A stretch of 64,000 nt of DNA from Escherichia coli (GTDB lineage Bacteria > Pseudomonadota > Gammaproteobacteria > Enterobacterales > Enterobacteriaceae). The DNA lies in assembly GCF_965641715.1 (NCBI RefSeq), contig NZ_OZ282453.1. One strand, written 5' to 3'. The position numbers and the translations under genes are program-made. The notes below the pieces were generated by a model. The model was not told where the DNA came from, made no database searches, and saw only the letters and a program-made list of their open reading frames with translations. This document shows positions 22,489 to 34,147 of this stretch, one piece after another; the stretch's first letter is position 1; each line of letters opens with the position of its first letter.

Positions 22489-23949
22489 TTACAGCGCAGC
22501 CACACACTCGCGCGCACCGCGTTCGCACAGCTGCTGATATGCCGCCGTCACCGCGCCAACAAAGTCGGCATTCTGCGGCAGATCATCGGCAAAAATACCG
22601 CTCAGGCCCAGCAGCGCTTTCACGCGGTCTGCGCCCTGATACTGCGCGTTAATCTTCTGGAACTCGGCCAGCATCGGGTCGACCACGTCAATGGCATTAC
22701 CCTGCTCATCCACGCCCTGGGTGTAACGCATCCAGCCAGCCACGCCCAGCGCCAGGTGACGCCAGCTGCCGCCGTTTTGCAGGTGCAGACGCACCGGGTC
22801 CAGCAGACGCTGCGGTAACTTCTGGCTGCCGTCCATCGCAATCTGCCAGGTACGGTGACGCAGAGACGGGTTGCTGAAACGCTCGATCAGCAGCGTCGCA
22901 TAGGCGTTCAGGTCCGTACCTTCCGGCATCGACAGCGTTGGCGCTTGTTCCTGCATCATCAGGGCAAAGGCCGCTTTGCGATAATCCGGGTTAGTCATGG
23001 TGTCGGCAATAGTTTCATAGCCGCCGAGGTAACCGAGGTACGCCAGGAAAGAGTGGCTACCGTTCAGCATACGCAGCTTCATCATTTCGAACGGCACAAC
23101 GTCTGCAACGAACTGTGCGCCCACTTTATCCCAGTCCGGACGACCATTAACGAAGTTATCTTCAATCACCCACTGACGGAACGGTTCGCAGGCAATGGCG
23201 CACGGGTCGTAAACACCCAGCTGATCAGCAATTTCCTGTAAGGTTTCTGGCGTCGCCGCCGGAACGATGCGGTCAACCATGGTGCACGGGAAGGTGACGT
23301 TCTCTTCAATCCATGCCGCTAGCTGCGGGTCACGCGCCTGAGCCAGCCCCAGTACCGCGACCTTCGCCACATGACCGTTTTCACGCACGTTATCGCAGGA
23401 CATCACCGTAAATGCTTTCAGCCCTTTTTCACGACGCAGACGCAAGGCTTCGACGATGTAACCAATCGCGGACTTCGGCGCAGTCGGGTTTTCCAGATCG
23501 TGCTTGATCAGCGGGTTATTGAGATCCAGTTGACCGCTTGCCGCATCAGCGCAGTAGCCTTTTTCCGTGACCGTTAGAGAGACAATCGCCGTTTGCGGAC
23601 GCGCCATCGCGTTGAGAATACCTTCGCAGCCGTCGATTTCCGGATGCAGCGCTTCTTTCATCGAACCGATAATTTTCAGCTCGGTGCTTTCTGCGCCTTT
23701 TTCCGCTACGGTGTACAGCAGTTGCTGTTTTTTCAGGTTTTCGATCAGCACGCGGTCGTTGCCTGGCATCAGGTTAACTTCGCAGATGCCCCAGTCGCTG
23801 TCGGTGCTTTCCAGCAGATGATGGGTATACAGCGCCTGGTGCGCGCGGTGAAACGCCCCGCAACCGAGATGCACAATGCGTGATTCCAGACGAGAATGAT
23901 CCCATGACGGGCGGGCAACCGGCAGATTGCTGTCAACAATAGTAGTCAT
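22489..23949 (-). CDS. uxuB: D-mannonate oxidoreductase (fructuronate reductase)
   Basis: 486-aa ORF, N-terminal Rossmann fold (VHLGCGAFHRAHQA). Confidence 0.9.
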   Translation of the reverse strand: MTTIVDSNLPVARPSWDHSRLESRIVHLGCGAFHRAHQALYTHHLLESTDSDWGICEVNLMPGNDRVLIENLKKQQLLYTVAEKGAESTELKIIGSMKEALHPEIDGCEGILNAMARPQTAIVSLTVTEKGYCADAASGQLDLNNPLIKHDLENPTAPKSAIGYIVEALRLRREKGLKAFTVMSCDNVRENGHVAKVAVLGLAQARDPQLAAWIEENVTFPCTMVDRIVPAATPETLQEIADQLGVYDPCAIACEPFRQWVIEDNFVNGRPDWDKVGAQFVADVVPFEMMKLRMLNGSHSFLAYLGYLGGYETIADTMTNPDYRKAAFALMMQEQAPTLSMPEGTDLNAYATLLIERFSNPSLRHRTWQIAMDGSQKLPQRLLDPVRLHLQNGGSWRHLALGVAGWMRYTQGVDEQGNAIDVVDPMLAEFQKINAQYQGADRVKALLGLSGIFADDLPQNADFVGAVTAAYQQLCERGARECVAAL

Positions 23950-24029
23950 CGTAAACTCCAGAATCCGTCTTCAGAGAGTGACGGCAAGGAAGAAGGAACC
24001 GGCACGGCGCGCAGCCATGCCGGTGGGTA

Positions 24030-25214
24030 TTAACGGCTAAAGAAAGCGCGCTGGATCGCCAGTTCGACACCGCGAACTTCGGCCAGGCCTTTCAGACGAC
24101 CAATTGCGGAGTAACCTGGGTTGGTTTTCTTCTTCAGGTCGTCCAGCATCTGATGACCGTGGTCCGGACGCATCGGGATCAGGTCTTCTTTGCCTTCCGC
24201 TTTACGACGGTGTTCTTCTTCAACAATCGCTTTCACCACTTCGTACATATCAACGTCACCGTTCAGGTGCGCCGCTTCGTGGAAGGTTTTCGGGTTATCT
24301 TCACGCATGGTGGAGCGCAGATGGGTGAAGTAAATACGCGGACCGAACTGCTTGATCATATCAACCAAATCGTTGTCAGCACGCACGCCGTAGGAACCGG
24401 TGCACATGGTGAAACCGTTCGCCATGCTGTTTACGGTATCAACCATCCACTGCATATCTTCAATGGTGGAAACAATGCGCGGCAGGCCGAGGATCGGGCG
24501 CGGCGGATCGTCCGGGTGAACAGCCATACGGACGCCAACTTCTTCGGCAACCGGAATAATCGCTTTCAGGAAGACAGCAAAGTTTTCGCGCAGTTTGGCT
24601 TTGTCGATATCTTTGTACAGCTCCAGGTGCTTACGGAACTGGTCGAGGGTGTACCCTTCTTCCGCACCTGGCAGACCAGCGATGATGTTACGGGTCAGAC
24701 GCGCTTTGTCTTCATCGCTCATAGTGGCGAAGCGTTCAGCTGCCTGAGCAATTTCTTCTTCGGTGTAATCCGCTTCCGCGCCTGGACGTTTCAGGATATG
24801 CATTTCGAATGCAGCGAATTCGATCTGGTCGAAGCGCAGAGCTTTGGAGCCGTCTGGCAGCACGTATTCGAGGTCAGTACGGGTCCAGTCGAGCACCGGC
24901 ATGAAGTTGTAGCACACGGTGCGAATGCCGCACTGCGCCAGGTTGCGCAGAGTCTGCTGATAGTTAGCGATCCACTGCTCATAGTTGCCAGTGTGGGTTT
25001 TGATATCTTCGTGAATTGGTACGCTTTCTACGACAGACCACACCAGGCCTGCGTCTTCAACGATCGCCTTGCGTTTGAGGATCTCTTCTACGGACCATAC
25101 TTCGCCGTTCGGGATATGGTGCAGCGCGGTAACCACGCCAGTTGCGCCCGCCTGACGGACATCAGCTAAAGAAACCGGATCGTTTGGGCCGTACCAGCGC
25201 CAGGTCTGTTCCAT
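24030..25214 (-). CDS. uxuA: mannonate dehydratase
   Basis: ORF 24030-25250; K-12-like start [16 protein letters not shown] at about 25214. Confidence 0.9.
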
Positions 25215-25553
25215 GATTTTTCCTCTTTCACATAGTGGGTTCCACAGCAAAGAGACGCGGAACCCTGGAGTTGTTTAGGTATCCGGATGAACAACCAGAC
25301 CGCAGCCGTGGCGTTGCATCGGATGAGATGGCGTATAAGTTCTACCTTTTGGTAAGACATGTCAACCCGAATTCTAAAATTGGTTAACCACATCACAAGA
25401 ATTTCACTCTCATGGTTGTTGCTGCAAATTGCAGCAAAGGGTAATCGATGGTTATTGATCAGAGGATGTGACATTCATCGCAACAATGGTTGACCAATTT
25501 ACATAACATGTCGCCCAAAATAACAACGGTTCAACCAGGTAAGGTAAAACGTT

Positions 25554-26897
25554 ATGCATGTGCTTAACATTCTCTGGGTGGTATTCGGCATTGGTCTGAT
25601 GCTGGTACTGAATTTGAAGTTCAAAATCAATTCAATGGTGGCTTTGTTGGTGGCGGCGCTGTCCGTCGGGATGCTGGCGGGCATGGATTTGATGTCGCTG
25701 CTGCACACCATGAAAGCGGGCTTCGGCAACACGCTGGGGGAACTGGCTATCATCGTGGTGTTCGGTGCGGTCATCGGTAAATTGATGGTCGACTCCGGCG
25801 CGGCTCACCAGATAGCGCATACGCTGCTGGCGCGTCTCGGTCTGCGCTATGTACAGCTGTCGGTGATTATCATCGGCCTGATTTTTGGTCTGGCGATGTT
25901 CTATGAAGTGGCCTTTATCATGTTAGCGCCGCTGGTTATTGTCATTGCCGCCGAAGCTAAAATTCCGTTCCTGAAACTGGCGATCCCGGCAGTAGCAGCT
26001 GCCACTACCGCACATTCACTGTTCCCACCGCAGCCGGGTCCTGTGGCGCTGGTGAATGCTTATGGCGCAGATATGGGGATGGTTTATATCTATGGCGTAC
26101 TGGTGACGATCCCAAGTGTAATCTGCGCAGGTCTGATCCTGCCGAAGTTCCTCGGCAATCTTGAGCGCCCAACGCCATCATTCCTGAAAGCAGATCAACC
26201 GGTAGATATGAACAATCTGCCCTCTTTCGGCGTTTCGATTCTGGTGCCGCTGATCCCGGCGATCATTATGATCTCTACCACCATCGCCAATATCTGGCTG
26301 GTAAAAGATACCCCTGCCTGGGAAGTGGTTAACTTTATCGGTTCCTCGCCGATTGCAATGTTTATTGCGATGGTGGTTGCATTCGTACTCTTTGGCACCG
26401 CACGTGGTCATGACATGCAGTGGGTGATGAACGCTTTTGAAAGTGCGGTGAAAAGCATTGCAATGGTGATTCTGATCATCGGTGCGGGTGGCGTGCTGAA
26501 GCAAACTATCATCGACACCGGCATTGGCGACACCATCGGCATGTTGATGTCCCACGGCAATATCTCGCCCTACATTATGGCATGGCTGATCACTGTGCTA
26601 ATTCGTCTGGCGACGGGTCAGGGTGTCGTTTCGGCGATGACCGCCGCCGGGATTATCAGTGCTGCAATCCTTGATCCAGCAACTGGTCAGCTGATTGGCG
26701 TGAATCCGGCGCTGCTGGTGCTGGCGACGGCTGCGGGTTCCAACACCCTCACCCACATTAACGATGCCTCATTCTGGCTGTTCAAAGGTTACTTTGACCT
26801 GTCAGTAAAAGACACGTTGAAAACCTGGGGACTGCTGGAGCTGGTCAACTCCGTGGTTGGGCTGATTATTGTGTTGATTATTAGCATGGTAGCGTAA
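25554..26897 (+). CDS. gntP: gluconate/fructuronate transporter (GntP family)
   Basis: 447-aa polytopic membrane ORF. Confidence 0.9.
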   Translation: MHVLNILWVVFGIGLMLVLNLKFKINSMVALLVAALSVGMLAGMDLMSLLHTMKAGFGNTLGELAIIVVFGAVIGKLMVDSGAAHQIAHTLLARLGLRYVQLSVIIIGLIFGLAMFYEVAFIMLAPLVIVIAAEAKIPFLKLAIPAVAAATTAHSLFPPQPGPVALVNAYGADMGMVYIYGVLVTIPSVICAGLILPKFLGNLERPTPSFLKADQPVDMNNLPSFGVSILVPLIPAIIMISTTIANIWLVKDTPAWEVVNFIGSSPIAMFIAMVVAFVLFGTARGHDMQWVMNAFESAVKSIAMVILIIGAGGVLKQTIIDTGIGDTIGMLMSHGNISPYIMAWLITVLIRLATGQGVVSAMTAAGIISAAILDPATGQLIGVNPALLVLATAAGSNTLTHINDASFWLFKGYFDLSVKDTLKTWGLLELVNSVVGLIIVLIISMVA

Positions 26898-26962
26898 AAG
26901 AACACCAGAGCCTGCCAATGGCAGGCTCAGTTCGGATTGTCGGCAAAGTGCGCTTTGTTTAT

Positions 26963-26997
26963 GCCAGATGCGACGCTGACGCGTCTTATCTGGCCTA
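26963..26997. repeat. REP-like element
   Basis: gccagatgcgacgctgacgcgtcttatctggcctac between gntP and fimH. Confidence 0.5.
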
Positions 26998-27071
26998 CAA
27001 AGGGCTAACGTGCAGGTTTTTAGCTTCAGGTAATATTTGCGTACCTGCATTAGCAATGCCCTGTGATTTCT

Positions 27072-27974
27072 TTATTGATAAACAAAAGTCACGCCAATAA
27101 TCGATTGCACATTCCCTGCAGTCACCTGCCCTCCGGTACGTGCGTAATTTGCCGTTAATCCCAGACTTACCGCCGAAGTTCCTACTGCTCCTAACGATAC
27201 CGTGTTATTCGCTGGAATAATCGTACCGTTGCGCGTCAACTGTACGCCGACGCCCTGCGCTGGTGAAAACGACGCGGTATTGGTGAAAATCGAGTTGCCC
27301 GCATCTGCGGTTGTGCCGGAGAGGTAATACCCCAGGTTTTGGCTTTTCGCACAATAAACGGTAAGAGGAATTGGCACTGAACCAGGGTAGTCCGGCAGAG
27401 TAACGGTGACATCACGAGCAGAAACATCGCAGCCGCCAGTAGGCACCACCACATCATTATTGGCGTAAATATTCCACACAAACTGGAAATCATCGCTGTT
27501 ATAGTTGTTGGTCTGTCGCAAAATAAGCACGGCAATTAATGAGCCAGCTTTAATCGCCACCCCGCCCGCACTGCTCACAGGCGTCAAATAAAGCGCCACC
27601 GGCCACGGCTTATCCGTTCTCGAATTATAAACAACCCGCGGCGTTTCGCTGGTGGTCGGAAATGGATAGCTACTGCCACTATATTTTACGGTCCCGGAAA
27701 AATTAGATAACACGCCGCCATAAGCCGAGCCTCGTTGCAGTGTGACATAGTCTGTAATGGTTTCCGGATAATCGTTATGGCAAAAGATTTGCGTCGAAAG
27801 ATCTACGACCAGGTTTTGCCCCACATTCACGGCAGGCGCAAGGTTTACATAAACATTAGCGCTGCCACCGCCAATAGGGATAGCGGTACCATTGGCGGTT
27901 TTACAGGCGAATGACCAGGCATTTACCGACCAGCCCATCAGCAGTACAGCAAACAGGGTAATAACTCGTTTCAT
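27072..27974 (-). CDS. fimH: type 1 fimbrial adhesin (mannose-binding tip)
   Basis: 300-aa ORF, signal peptide then FACKTANGTAIPIGGGSANVYVNLAP. Confidence 0.95.
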   Translation of the reverse strand: MKRVITLFAVLLMGWSVNAWSFACKTANGTAIPIGGGSANVYVNLAPAVNVGQNLVVDLSTQIFCHNDYPETITDYVTLQRGSAYGGVLSNFSGTVKYSGSSYPFPTTSETPRVVYNSRTDKPWPVALYLTPVSSAGGVAIKAGSLIAVLILRQTNNYNSDDFQFVWNIYANNDVVVPTGGCDVSARDVTVTLPDYPGSVPIPLTVYCAKSQNLGYYLSGTTADAGNSIFTNTASFSPAQGVGVQLTRNGTIIPANNTVSLGAVGTSAVSLGLTANYARTGGQVTAGNVQSIIGVTFVYQ

Positions 27975-27993
27975 TACAATTATCTCTTCGGGT

Positions 27994-28497
27994 TCAGCTG
28001 TAGGTATAGGTGATGCTAATCACTGCCTGAATGGTTCCCTGAGTGGCTCCGCCATTTACCGTCAATGCTCTGACCTGTAACGGGAAGTGCGCTGATTGTG
28101 AGGAATCATCCACCTGAACTGTTTTGGTTGCGCCAGTATTCAATGTGTTGCCACTGTCATCCTGTAGCTCTAACTGGATGTTTTGCGCGGTCCCCTGGTT
28201 TTTATAATATCCGGTACTGTCGGCTGCCCCGCTGAAGCTGGCAGTGACCCTCGACGTTCCCACCGGACAATTAGTCAACTCAAGAGCAACATCATGCCAG
28301 GCCGATGCCGCCCCGGCAGACATCAGACTGAAAGAATAAAGATCGCCGAGATCAACCGTGGCATTGGTGGTGGAAACTGTGCACGGTTTGGCGACGACCT
28401 TACCGTTCACCGTGATGGTGACATCGGCTGCCTGTATCGTCGCACTTGCGAGCGCCAATATTGCCGCCAATAAATACCCACGTTTGCGCCATTTCAT
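27994..28497 (-). CDS. fimG: type 1 fimbrial minor subunit
   Basis: ORF 27994-28503; pilin-like with signal peptide. Confidence 0.9.
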   Translation of the reverse strand: MKWRKRGYLLAAILALASATIQAADVTITVNGKVVAKPCTVSTTNATVDLGDLYSFSLMSAGAASAWHDVALELTNCPVGTSRVTASFSGAADSTGYYKNQGTAQNIQLELQDDSGNTLNTGATKTVQVDDSSQSAHFPLQVRALTVNGGATQGTIQAVISITYTYS

Positions 28498-28509
28498 GAG
28501 CATCTCCAG

Positions 28510-29040
28510 TTACTGATATTCAAGAGTGAAGGTAGCCGTGGCATTGATATGCCCCGCAATGACAGGCACCTGTGTCGCCATTAGCCGGGCGTAAAAATTC
28601 AGCGTATTTGGTTTACCCGGCGTCAGGGTCGTCCACGAAAGCGCGGACGATGGAGCATTAAGGGGTATTTGATTTTGCTGCTCATTCAGAAGCTGTATTC
28701 CCAGTCCCGCAGCCGCTGACACCGTATTTTCAAGTGCAAGCAGGTTGGCATTGTGGCTATCTGCAACGCCGGTAAACCCAACCTTTACGGCAGAAACGGC
28801 GTTACCACAGGGTGACAGCAAAATACGAAATGGAACGACAGGAGTCGTTGCGCCAATGTTGTTAAATTGCTTCGCCGCGTTTTCCATCAGATCAACAGTA
28901 AAATTGGTTGATTCAGCGGCCACACTACAGCCGTTATCTCTGACATAGCCGCGGATAGTAATCGTACTATCCGCAGCCAAAGCGTGACTCACCGCCAGCC
29001 ACAAAAAAGCGCACAGAAGATAAAAAGGTTTGTTTCTCAT
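28510..29040 (-). CDS. fimF: type 1 fimbrial minor subunit
   Basis: ORF 28510-29043; start at MRNKPFYLL. Confidence 0.9.
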   Translation of the reverse strand: MRNKPFYLLCAFLWLAVSHALAADSTITIRGYVRDNGCSVAAESTNFTVDLMENAAKQFNNIGATTPVVPFRILLSPCGNAVSAVKVGFTGVADSHNANLLALENTVSAAAGLGIQLLNEQQNQIPLNAPSSALSWTTLTPGKPNTLNFYARLMATQVPVIAGHINATATFTLEYQ

Positions 29041-29049
29041 CACGCCCCC

Positions 29050-31686
29050 TTAACGACATTCAGCTGATAGCTGGGTTAATAACTGCTGCTGACTCTCTGG
29101 TGGCAGTTGATAATTGGCGACACAGTGAGCATTTTCCTCTTCTCCCCATTTCACCTGAACTTTTCCCGCTAGAGGCATTCCGCTGAGGTAAACCTGACCA
29201 TTATCCGCAACAATGCCGCTACTCTGGCTACTCTCTGATGTCACCATCGCCCCAAACGGCAGCGGCTTATTATTGTGGGTTAGCGTCATGAGCAGTTTTA
29301 TCCCAACGCGCGCTTTAAACTCTGCTCGCACGATCGCCCCACGAGTGGGAACAACGTTAGCGACCGCGTTATCTAAATCGACGTTATCAGCCAGGGTATT
29401 GGTATCCAGCGCCACTCTGTTTTCCCGATATTCGGTGGCATAAGGCAGCACGGCATAACCGCGCCAGTCGGTACGCACCCCCGTCTGGTTTTCGACTTTT
29501 GCATCTTTTGCGCCAGGCGCTTTAACAAGTACCACCGTATCGTTTAACGGCTGCCCCAGCGTTACGCCATTGGCATGAGCCAGTACCCCACCGCTGACTC
29601 CGTAATAGAGCTGCTTAATATCATCGCTATGGCTGTAACCGATATTGGCATTGCCGTAACCACCGCGATAATTCAGCGTGGCGTAGCCTGTGCTTCCGCT
29701 ATTACCATCGCCTCCCCCGGCATAGCCGGTTTGCACGCTATAGCTGAGGTTGTTGTCTTCCAGCAACGTACCGTATACGCCAGCCAGATTGGTCATCCGA
29801 CCGTTGAGATCGTGTGACATGCTGTAGCTGGCACTGGCATGTCGCCACTGAGATTTACTATCAGAACGCAGCCAGTGGCTGAAAGGAATATTGACGTTAA
29901 GCGCTAACATCTGATCCCGTCCTTTTTGCCAGGCGTTTTTCGTCAGGCTATAGCTGAGCGTCCAGTTGATATCTTCGAACGCAGTATTTAAACCAGCCTG
30001 GAATTGCTCATCGACATTACTCGTTCCCCAATAAGTTTGATGGCTACCACTCAAATACAGTGTTGATGTGCGCCCGAGTTGCTGAGTAACGGTGAGTTGT
30101 AATTTCCCGCGTTTGTTATAAGCGAGGTTGTAATAGTCGGTGAATTTCGGCTTAACCTGAATAACTCCGTCCTGTGTTTCGATGTTGTAGCCATTCATTC
30201 GACTGTATGTTGTATCAGCGAAATTAAAATATCCGCTGGTCGAATAACGGTAACCCACTAACTGAATATTCGTGCCTGACTCATTGAGCGATTTATTATA
30301 GAGAAAACGCACCGATTGTCCGTCATGCTGACTGTCATCGGGAAGTGTGGAATTAGCCTGAGTCATATCCACAGACAGAGCGCCCAGTGCCCCCATATTT
30401 TTCCCGATACCAAAATTAAAAGCACGATAACGATCTGCCAGTTGCGTTCCACCATATATTGTCCAGCCAGCCGGAAGGCCGTGGAGTAATGTACTTTGGA
30501 AAAAGCGGGGTTTTTCCTGTTGCGCATTTCCACTACGGTATTCTCCTGCCGTAATGGAATAACGAGTATGCCCTTCACGTTGCAAAAGCGGGACTGACGA
30601 ATAGGGTACGGTAAAAATCTGCGTGCTGCCGTCAGCCTCTTTAATCGTTACCTGCAAGTCACCACTATTACCTGCGGCATAGATATCGTTGATGGTAAAA
30701 GGCCCCGGCGGCACCGTACTATTATAAATGTCATACCCATTTTGTTTAATAGTGACCTGTGCAGTACCACGAGCAATACCGTGGATCACCGGGGCAAATC
30801 CTCTTTGGCTATCGGGTAACATATTGTCATCTGAGGCCAATTGTGCGCCGCGAAAGTTAATACCATCGAAAATATCGCCCTGGGTATAACCATCACCCAG
30901 CGTCAGCCGGGAACGTAAAGGAATTATGTCTCGCTCAAGCCAGGTATTGATATGCTGCCATTTATTTTTGCTACCTGATGAACTGTCGCTACTGTTATAA
31001 CTCCAGGTGGTATTGTCGCGTAAACGCCACGCACCAATATTTAACCCACTCTGTAGGTTTAAATATGCATAATGGCTGTTACCCCCAATCCGATTCTGTA
31101 CACTATTTCCGCTGAAATTATAATTGAGCAATCCGGCATTAATACCGGGATCCCATAACTCAGGAGGAATATAACCACGCGCGCGATTACTCATAAATGC
31201 CTGAGGGATCGTCAGGTTCAGTCGCTGCTGACCAACATCTAAATGCGCAGTAGCGTCCTGGACCATTGTGGTTAATGGCACACAGGCATCATCCGCCAGC
31301 AGATTCATACCGGAGACAGAAGCCGTATTCAGCCCCATACTGGCAAGTTGCGCGCGTGTCAGGCAGGGAACAATCCCTTGTTCGCTGTCGCCCGTATTAA
31401 ATGTGACATCACGCGTTGCCATATAACCATTATTCAAATAGATATCGACACGATACGTCCCTGGCGGTAATTCTTGCCCATTTTCAAAACGCGATAAATC
31501 AGCCACAGCCTGGGGATCATCCGCTAAAAAGCGCGGATTAAAATAGAGTTCGGCAGATGACAAAGGTGTCTGTGCGGCAAAAGCACAGGCGACAAAGAGC
31601 CGGACAAAAAAACCAGCCAAACGATGCTTACGAATATGCAAGCATTGTGTGTTTCGCTGGTAAAGTCTTAAATTCAGATATGACAT
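29050..31686 (-). CDS. fimD: fimbrial outer-membrane usher
   Basis: 878-aa ORF. Confidence 0.95.
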   Translation of the reverse strand: MSYLNLRLYQRNTQCLHIRKHRLAGFFVRLFVACAFAAQTPLSSAELYFNPRFLADDPQAVADLSRFENGQELPPGTYRVDIYLNNGYMATRDVTFNTGDSEQGIVPCLTRAQLASMGLNTASVSGMNLLADDACVPLTTMVQDATAHLDVGQQRLNLTIPQAFMSNRARGYIPPELWDPGINAGLLNYNFSGNSVQNRIGGNSHYAYLNLQSGLNIGAWRLRDNTTWSYNSSDSSSGSKNKWQHINTWLERDIIPLRSRLTLGDGYTQGDIFDGINFRGAQLASDDNMLPDSQRGFAPVIHGIARGTAQVTIKQNGYDIYNSTVPPGPFTINDIYAAGNSGDLQVTIKEADGSTQIFTVPYSSVPLLQREGHTRYSITAGEYRSGNAQQEKPRFFQSTLLHGLPAGWTIYGGTQLADRYRAFNFGIGKNMGALGALSVDMTQANSTLPDDSQHDGQSVRFLYNKSLNESGTNIQLVGYRYSTSGYFNFADTTYSRMNGYNIETQDGVIQVKPKFTDYYNLAYNKRGKLQLTVTQQLGRTSTLYLSGSHQTYWGTSNVDEQFQAGLNTAFEDINWTLSYSLTKNAWQKGRDQMLALNVNIPFSHWLRSDSKSQWRHASASYSMSHDLNGRMTNLAGVYGTLLEDNNLSYSVQTGYAGGGDGNSGSTGYATLNYRGGYGNANIGYSHSDDIKQLYYGVSGGVLAHANGVTLGQPLNDTVVLVKAPGAKDAKVENQTGVRTDWRGYAVLPYATEYRENRVALDTNTLADNVDLDNAVANVVPTRGAIVRAEFKARVGIKLLMTLTHNNKPLPFGAMVTSESSQSSGIVADNGQVYLSGMPLAGKVQVKWGEEENAHCVANYQLPPESQQQLLTQLSAECR

Positions 31687-31752
31687 TATTCCTCCGGTTT
31701 AAAATCACCCGGCAGTCAATTCTTTTTATTCAGGCGAAAAATTCCCCCTGCG

Positions 31753-32478
31753 TTATTCCATTACGCCCGTCATTTTGGGGGTAAGTGCGCCATAATCATT
31801 TATTGTTCGGTAAGTAATATTGCTTCCCGCATCAGAAGGCAATTTAACCGTGCTTTCGCCCATTGGAGGCACCAAGGCATTTTCAAGAACCCGGGCTCCG
31901 GCATTCAACTCTGTTACCGTCAGGTAATAGGGTGTCGGGTTAATCAGCGTCAGAGAATTCGCGCTACGACGAAATCTTAATTTTTCTGCGGCCTGATCGG
32001 GTGGCAACGCTAATTTAGCCGGACGATAGTACAGTTTAATGCGGCTGATAATTGCGAGCTGTAGCGTATTCTCAGTCAATTTTGATTTATCCATTGACGG
32101 AATCGCTTTAACGTTCATCCAGAATAAACTTTCCCGGTCCTGTGGCAATTGGTTATTTGTTGCATCAAGAATACGCAAGGTATTCTCTTTTTTTCCCTTC
32201 ATCGCAAATAGAGGAGGCGTCACGATAAAACGACCATCCTTTACACCATCGGCATTTTCCACCCATGATTGAATTAAATAGGTACTATTTTCATCATTAT
32301 TTGTCACGGCAAGTTGCACTTGTTTTTGCCCTGCCGGATAAATTACGCGAGTCGCACCTAAGGCCACTCCCGCTTCAGCACGTCCGGCAACCATCATTGC
32401 CATGAACATCAGGATACCTGCCAGCAAGCAGAATGTTATTTCCTGCGATTTCCTTACATTGACGTTTTTATTACTCAC
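31753..32478 (-). CDS. fimC: periplasmic fimbrial chaperone
   Basis: 241-aa ORF, PapD-like. Confidence 0.95.
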   Translation of the reverse strand: MSNKNVNVRKSQEITFCLLAGILMFMAMMVAGRAEAGVALGATRVIYPAGQKQVQLAVTNNDENSTYLIQSWVENADGVKDGRFIVTPPLFAMKGKKENTLRILDATNNQLPQDRESLFWMNVKAIPSMDKSKLTENTLQLAIISRIKLYYRPAKLALPPDQAAEKLRFRRSANSLTLINPTPYYLTVTELNAGARVLENALVPPMGESTVKLPSDAGSNITYRTINDYGALTPKMTGVME

Positions 32479-32514
32479 TGTCCTGTTCCTGTTATCACAT
32501 TATCTGCTGAACAA

Positions 32515-33054
32515 TTACTGATAGGTTAAAGAGAACCAGGCCTGGGCATTGGCGATGCCGCCAGTAACCCGACGCCCGGTAGCACGATATTTGGCGATGA
32601 AATGTAGCGAAGTAGAGCCTGAGTAAAGCCGTTTCCAGTTTGCTGGAGGACGATTAATCGGTACGAGGTTTCCTTCATCATCAAACAACGCTACGCCAAT
32701 ATTGGTGGCTATCCCTGGCCCCTCTCCCACGGAAAGCACATCCGGATTTTTACCATCCGCGACACCGTGAAACGCCACCCCCACACGTTCACTCACCACC
32801 GTGCTACATTCCCGTAAATGAATAACAAAAGGCACCGGTGCGCTATCTTCCCCTACCGCATGAAACCGGTTACTGCTGATTTGCCCCATATTGACCGTCA
32901 TTTGTTTATCACCGGCTTCAATCCGGCAAGTTTCCGCAATAATGACGCCCTGAAATTGCATATTTCCGCCGGGCAACGTGGTATTCCATTTATTTCCGGC
33001 CAGAGCAAACATTGGCAGCAACGACGCTAATAGAAATAATCTCTTCCTTTTCAT
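32515..33054 (-). CDS. fimI: fimbrin-like protein FimI
   Basis: ORF 32515-33186; conserved start [19 protein letters not shown] at about 33054. Confidence 0.85.
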
Positions 33055-33118
33055 CGTTATTTTTATCGCACAAGGGTGGGCATCCCTGCCCGTAATGACG
33101 TCCCTGAACCTGGGTAGG

Positions 33119-33667
33119 TTATTGATACTGAACCTTGAAGGTCGCATCCGCATTAGCTGCGCCAGGGGTTGCGACACCAATTGCATAATAACGCGCCTGG
33201 AACGGAATGGTGTTGGTTCCGTTATTCAGGGTTGTTTGTGCACTAAATGACGCACCATCCAGCGCCAACGCAGCTCCTGTTTTATCCAGGATCTGCACAC
33301 CAACGTTTGTTGCGCTACCCGCAGCAGAACTCTGCAGAGCCAGTACGTTGGTATGATTCGTGTCAATTGTTGTACCTAAGAAGGCAACAGCAGCTTTGCT
33401 TGCAACATCGGTATCGCAATCATTCAGCTGAATGTTAAAACCGACAGCAGAGCTGGTCGCTCCATCCTGGTCCAGCGAAGCGGTACGAACCTGACCTAAC
33501 TGAACGGTTTGATCAACAGAGCCTGCATCAACTGCGCAAGCGGCGTTAACAACTTCCCCTTTAAAGTGAACGGTCCCACCATTAACCGTCGTGGCAGCGG
33601 CCAGAGCCGCTGTAGAACTGAGGGACAGAGCCGACAGAACAACGATTGCCAGAGTTTTAATTTTCAT
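33119..33667 (-). CDS. fimA: type 1 fimbrial major subunit
   Basis: ORF 33119-33724; start at [23 protein letters not shown] (33667). Confidence 0.95.
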
Positions 33668-33786
33668 GCTGCTTTCCTTTAAAAAAACTATTTCTAAATC
33701 GACATGGGCAGTCGTTCTGTACACTTTGTTTTGTCAACGAGTTTGACTGCCAACACTGCACAGTTTTCCCCCAAAAGATGAAACAT

Positions 33787-34100
33787 TTGGGGCCATTTTG
33801 ACTCATAGAGGAAAGCATCGCGCACAAACTTTTTCAGTTTATTTGTTGGCTTAATATTCTATTGTTATCTTTATTTATAGATTTTTATATTGCATGAGGT
33901 GGTTTTTGGAGAGAAGAATGAGGAAGATGCGTCGAGCCACAGAAACGTTAGCTTTACATATAGCGGAGGTGATGTGAAATTAATTTACAAGAGAAATAAT
34001 TTACATATCAAACAGTTAGATGGTTTTTGTCGTTTTTTAAAATTTTTATGCTTGAGAAAAAATACGTAACTTATTTATGATATGGACAGTTTGGCCCCAA
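33787..34100. promoter_or_regulatory. fimS: fimS invertible promoter element (314 bp) bounded by 9-bp inverted repeats
   Basis: ttggggcca at 33787-33795 and its reverse complement tggccccaa at 34092-34100; sigma70-like TTGAGA-N17-TATGAT at about 34045-34074 reads toward fimE (+ strand). Confidence 0.85.
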
Positions 34101-34147
34101 TTGTCTTGTATTTATTTTTTTTTTAACTTTATTATCAATAAGTTAAA

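Noticed and set aside
24153-25169. 338-aa plus-strand ORF antisense to uxuA
   Set aside because: Fully nested in uxuA on the opposite strand; no RBS; composition typical of a shadow ORF
33119-33724. N-terminal extensions of the fimA, fimI, uxuA and kptA ORFs in the six-frame track
   Set aside because: Conserved signal peptides or N-termini begin at internal Met codons; the extensions would overlap upstream genes or regulatory elements
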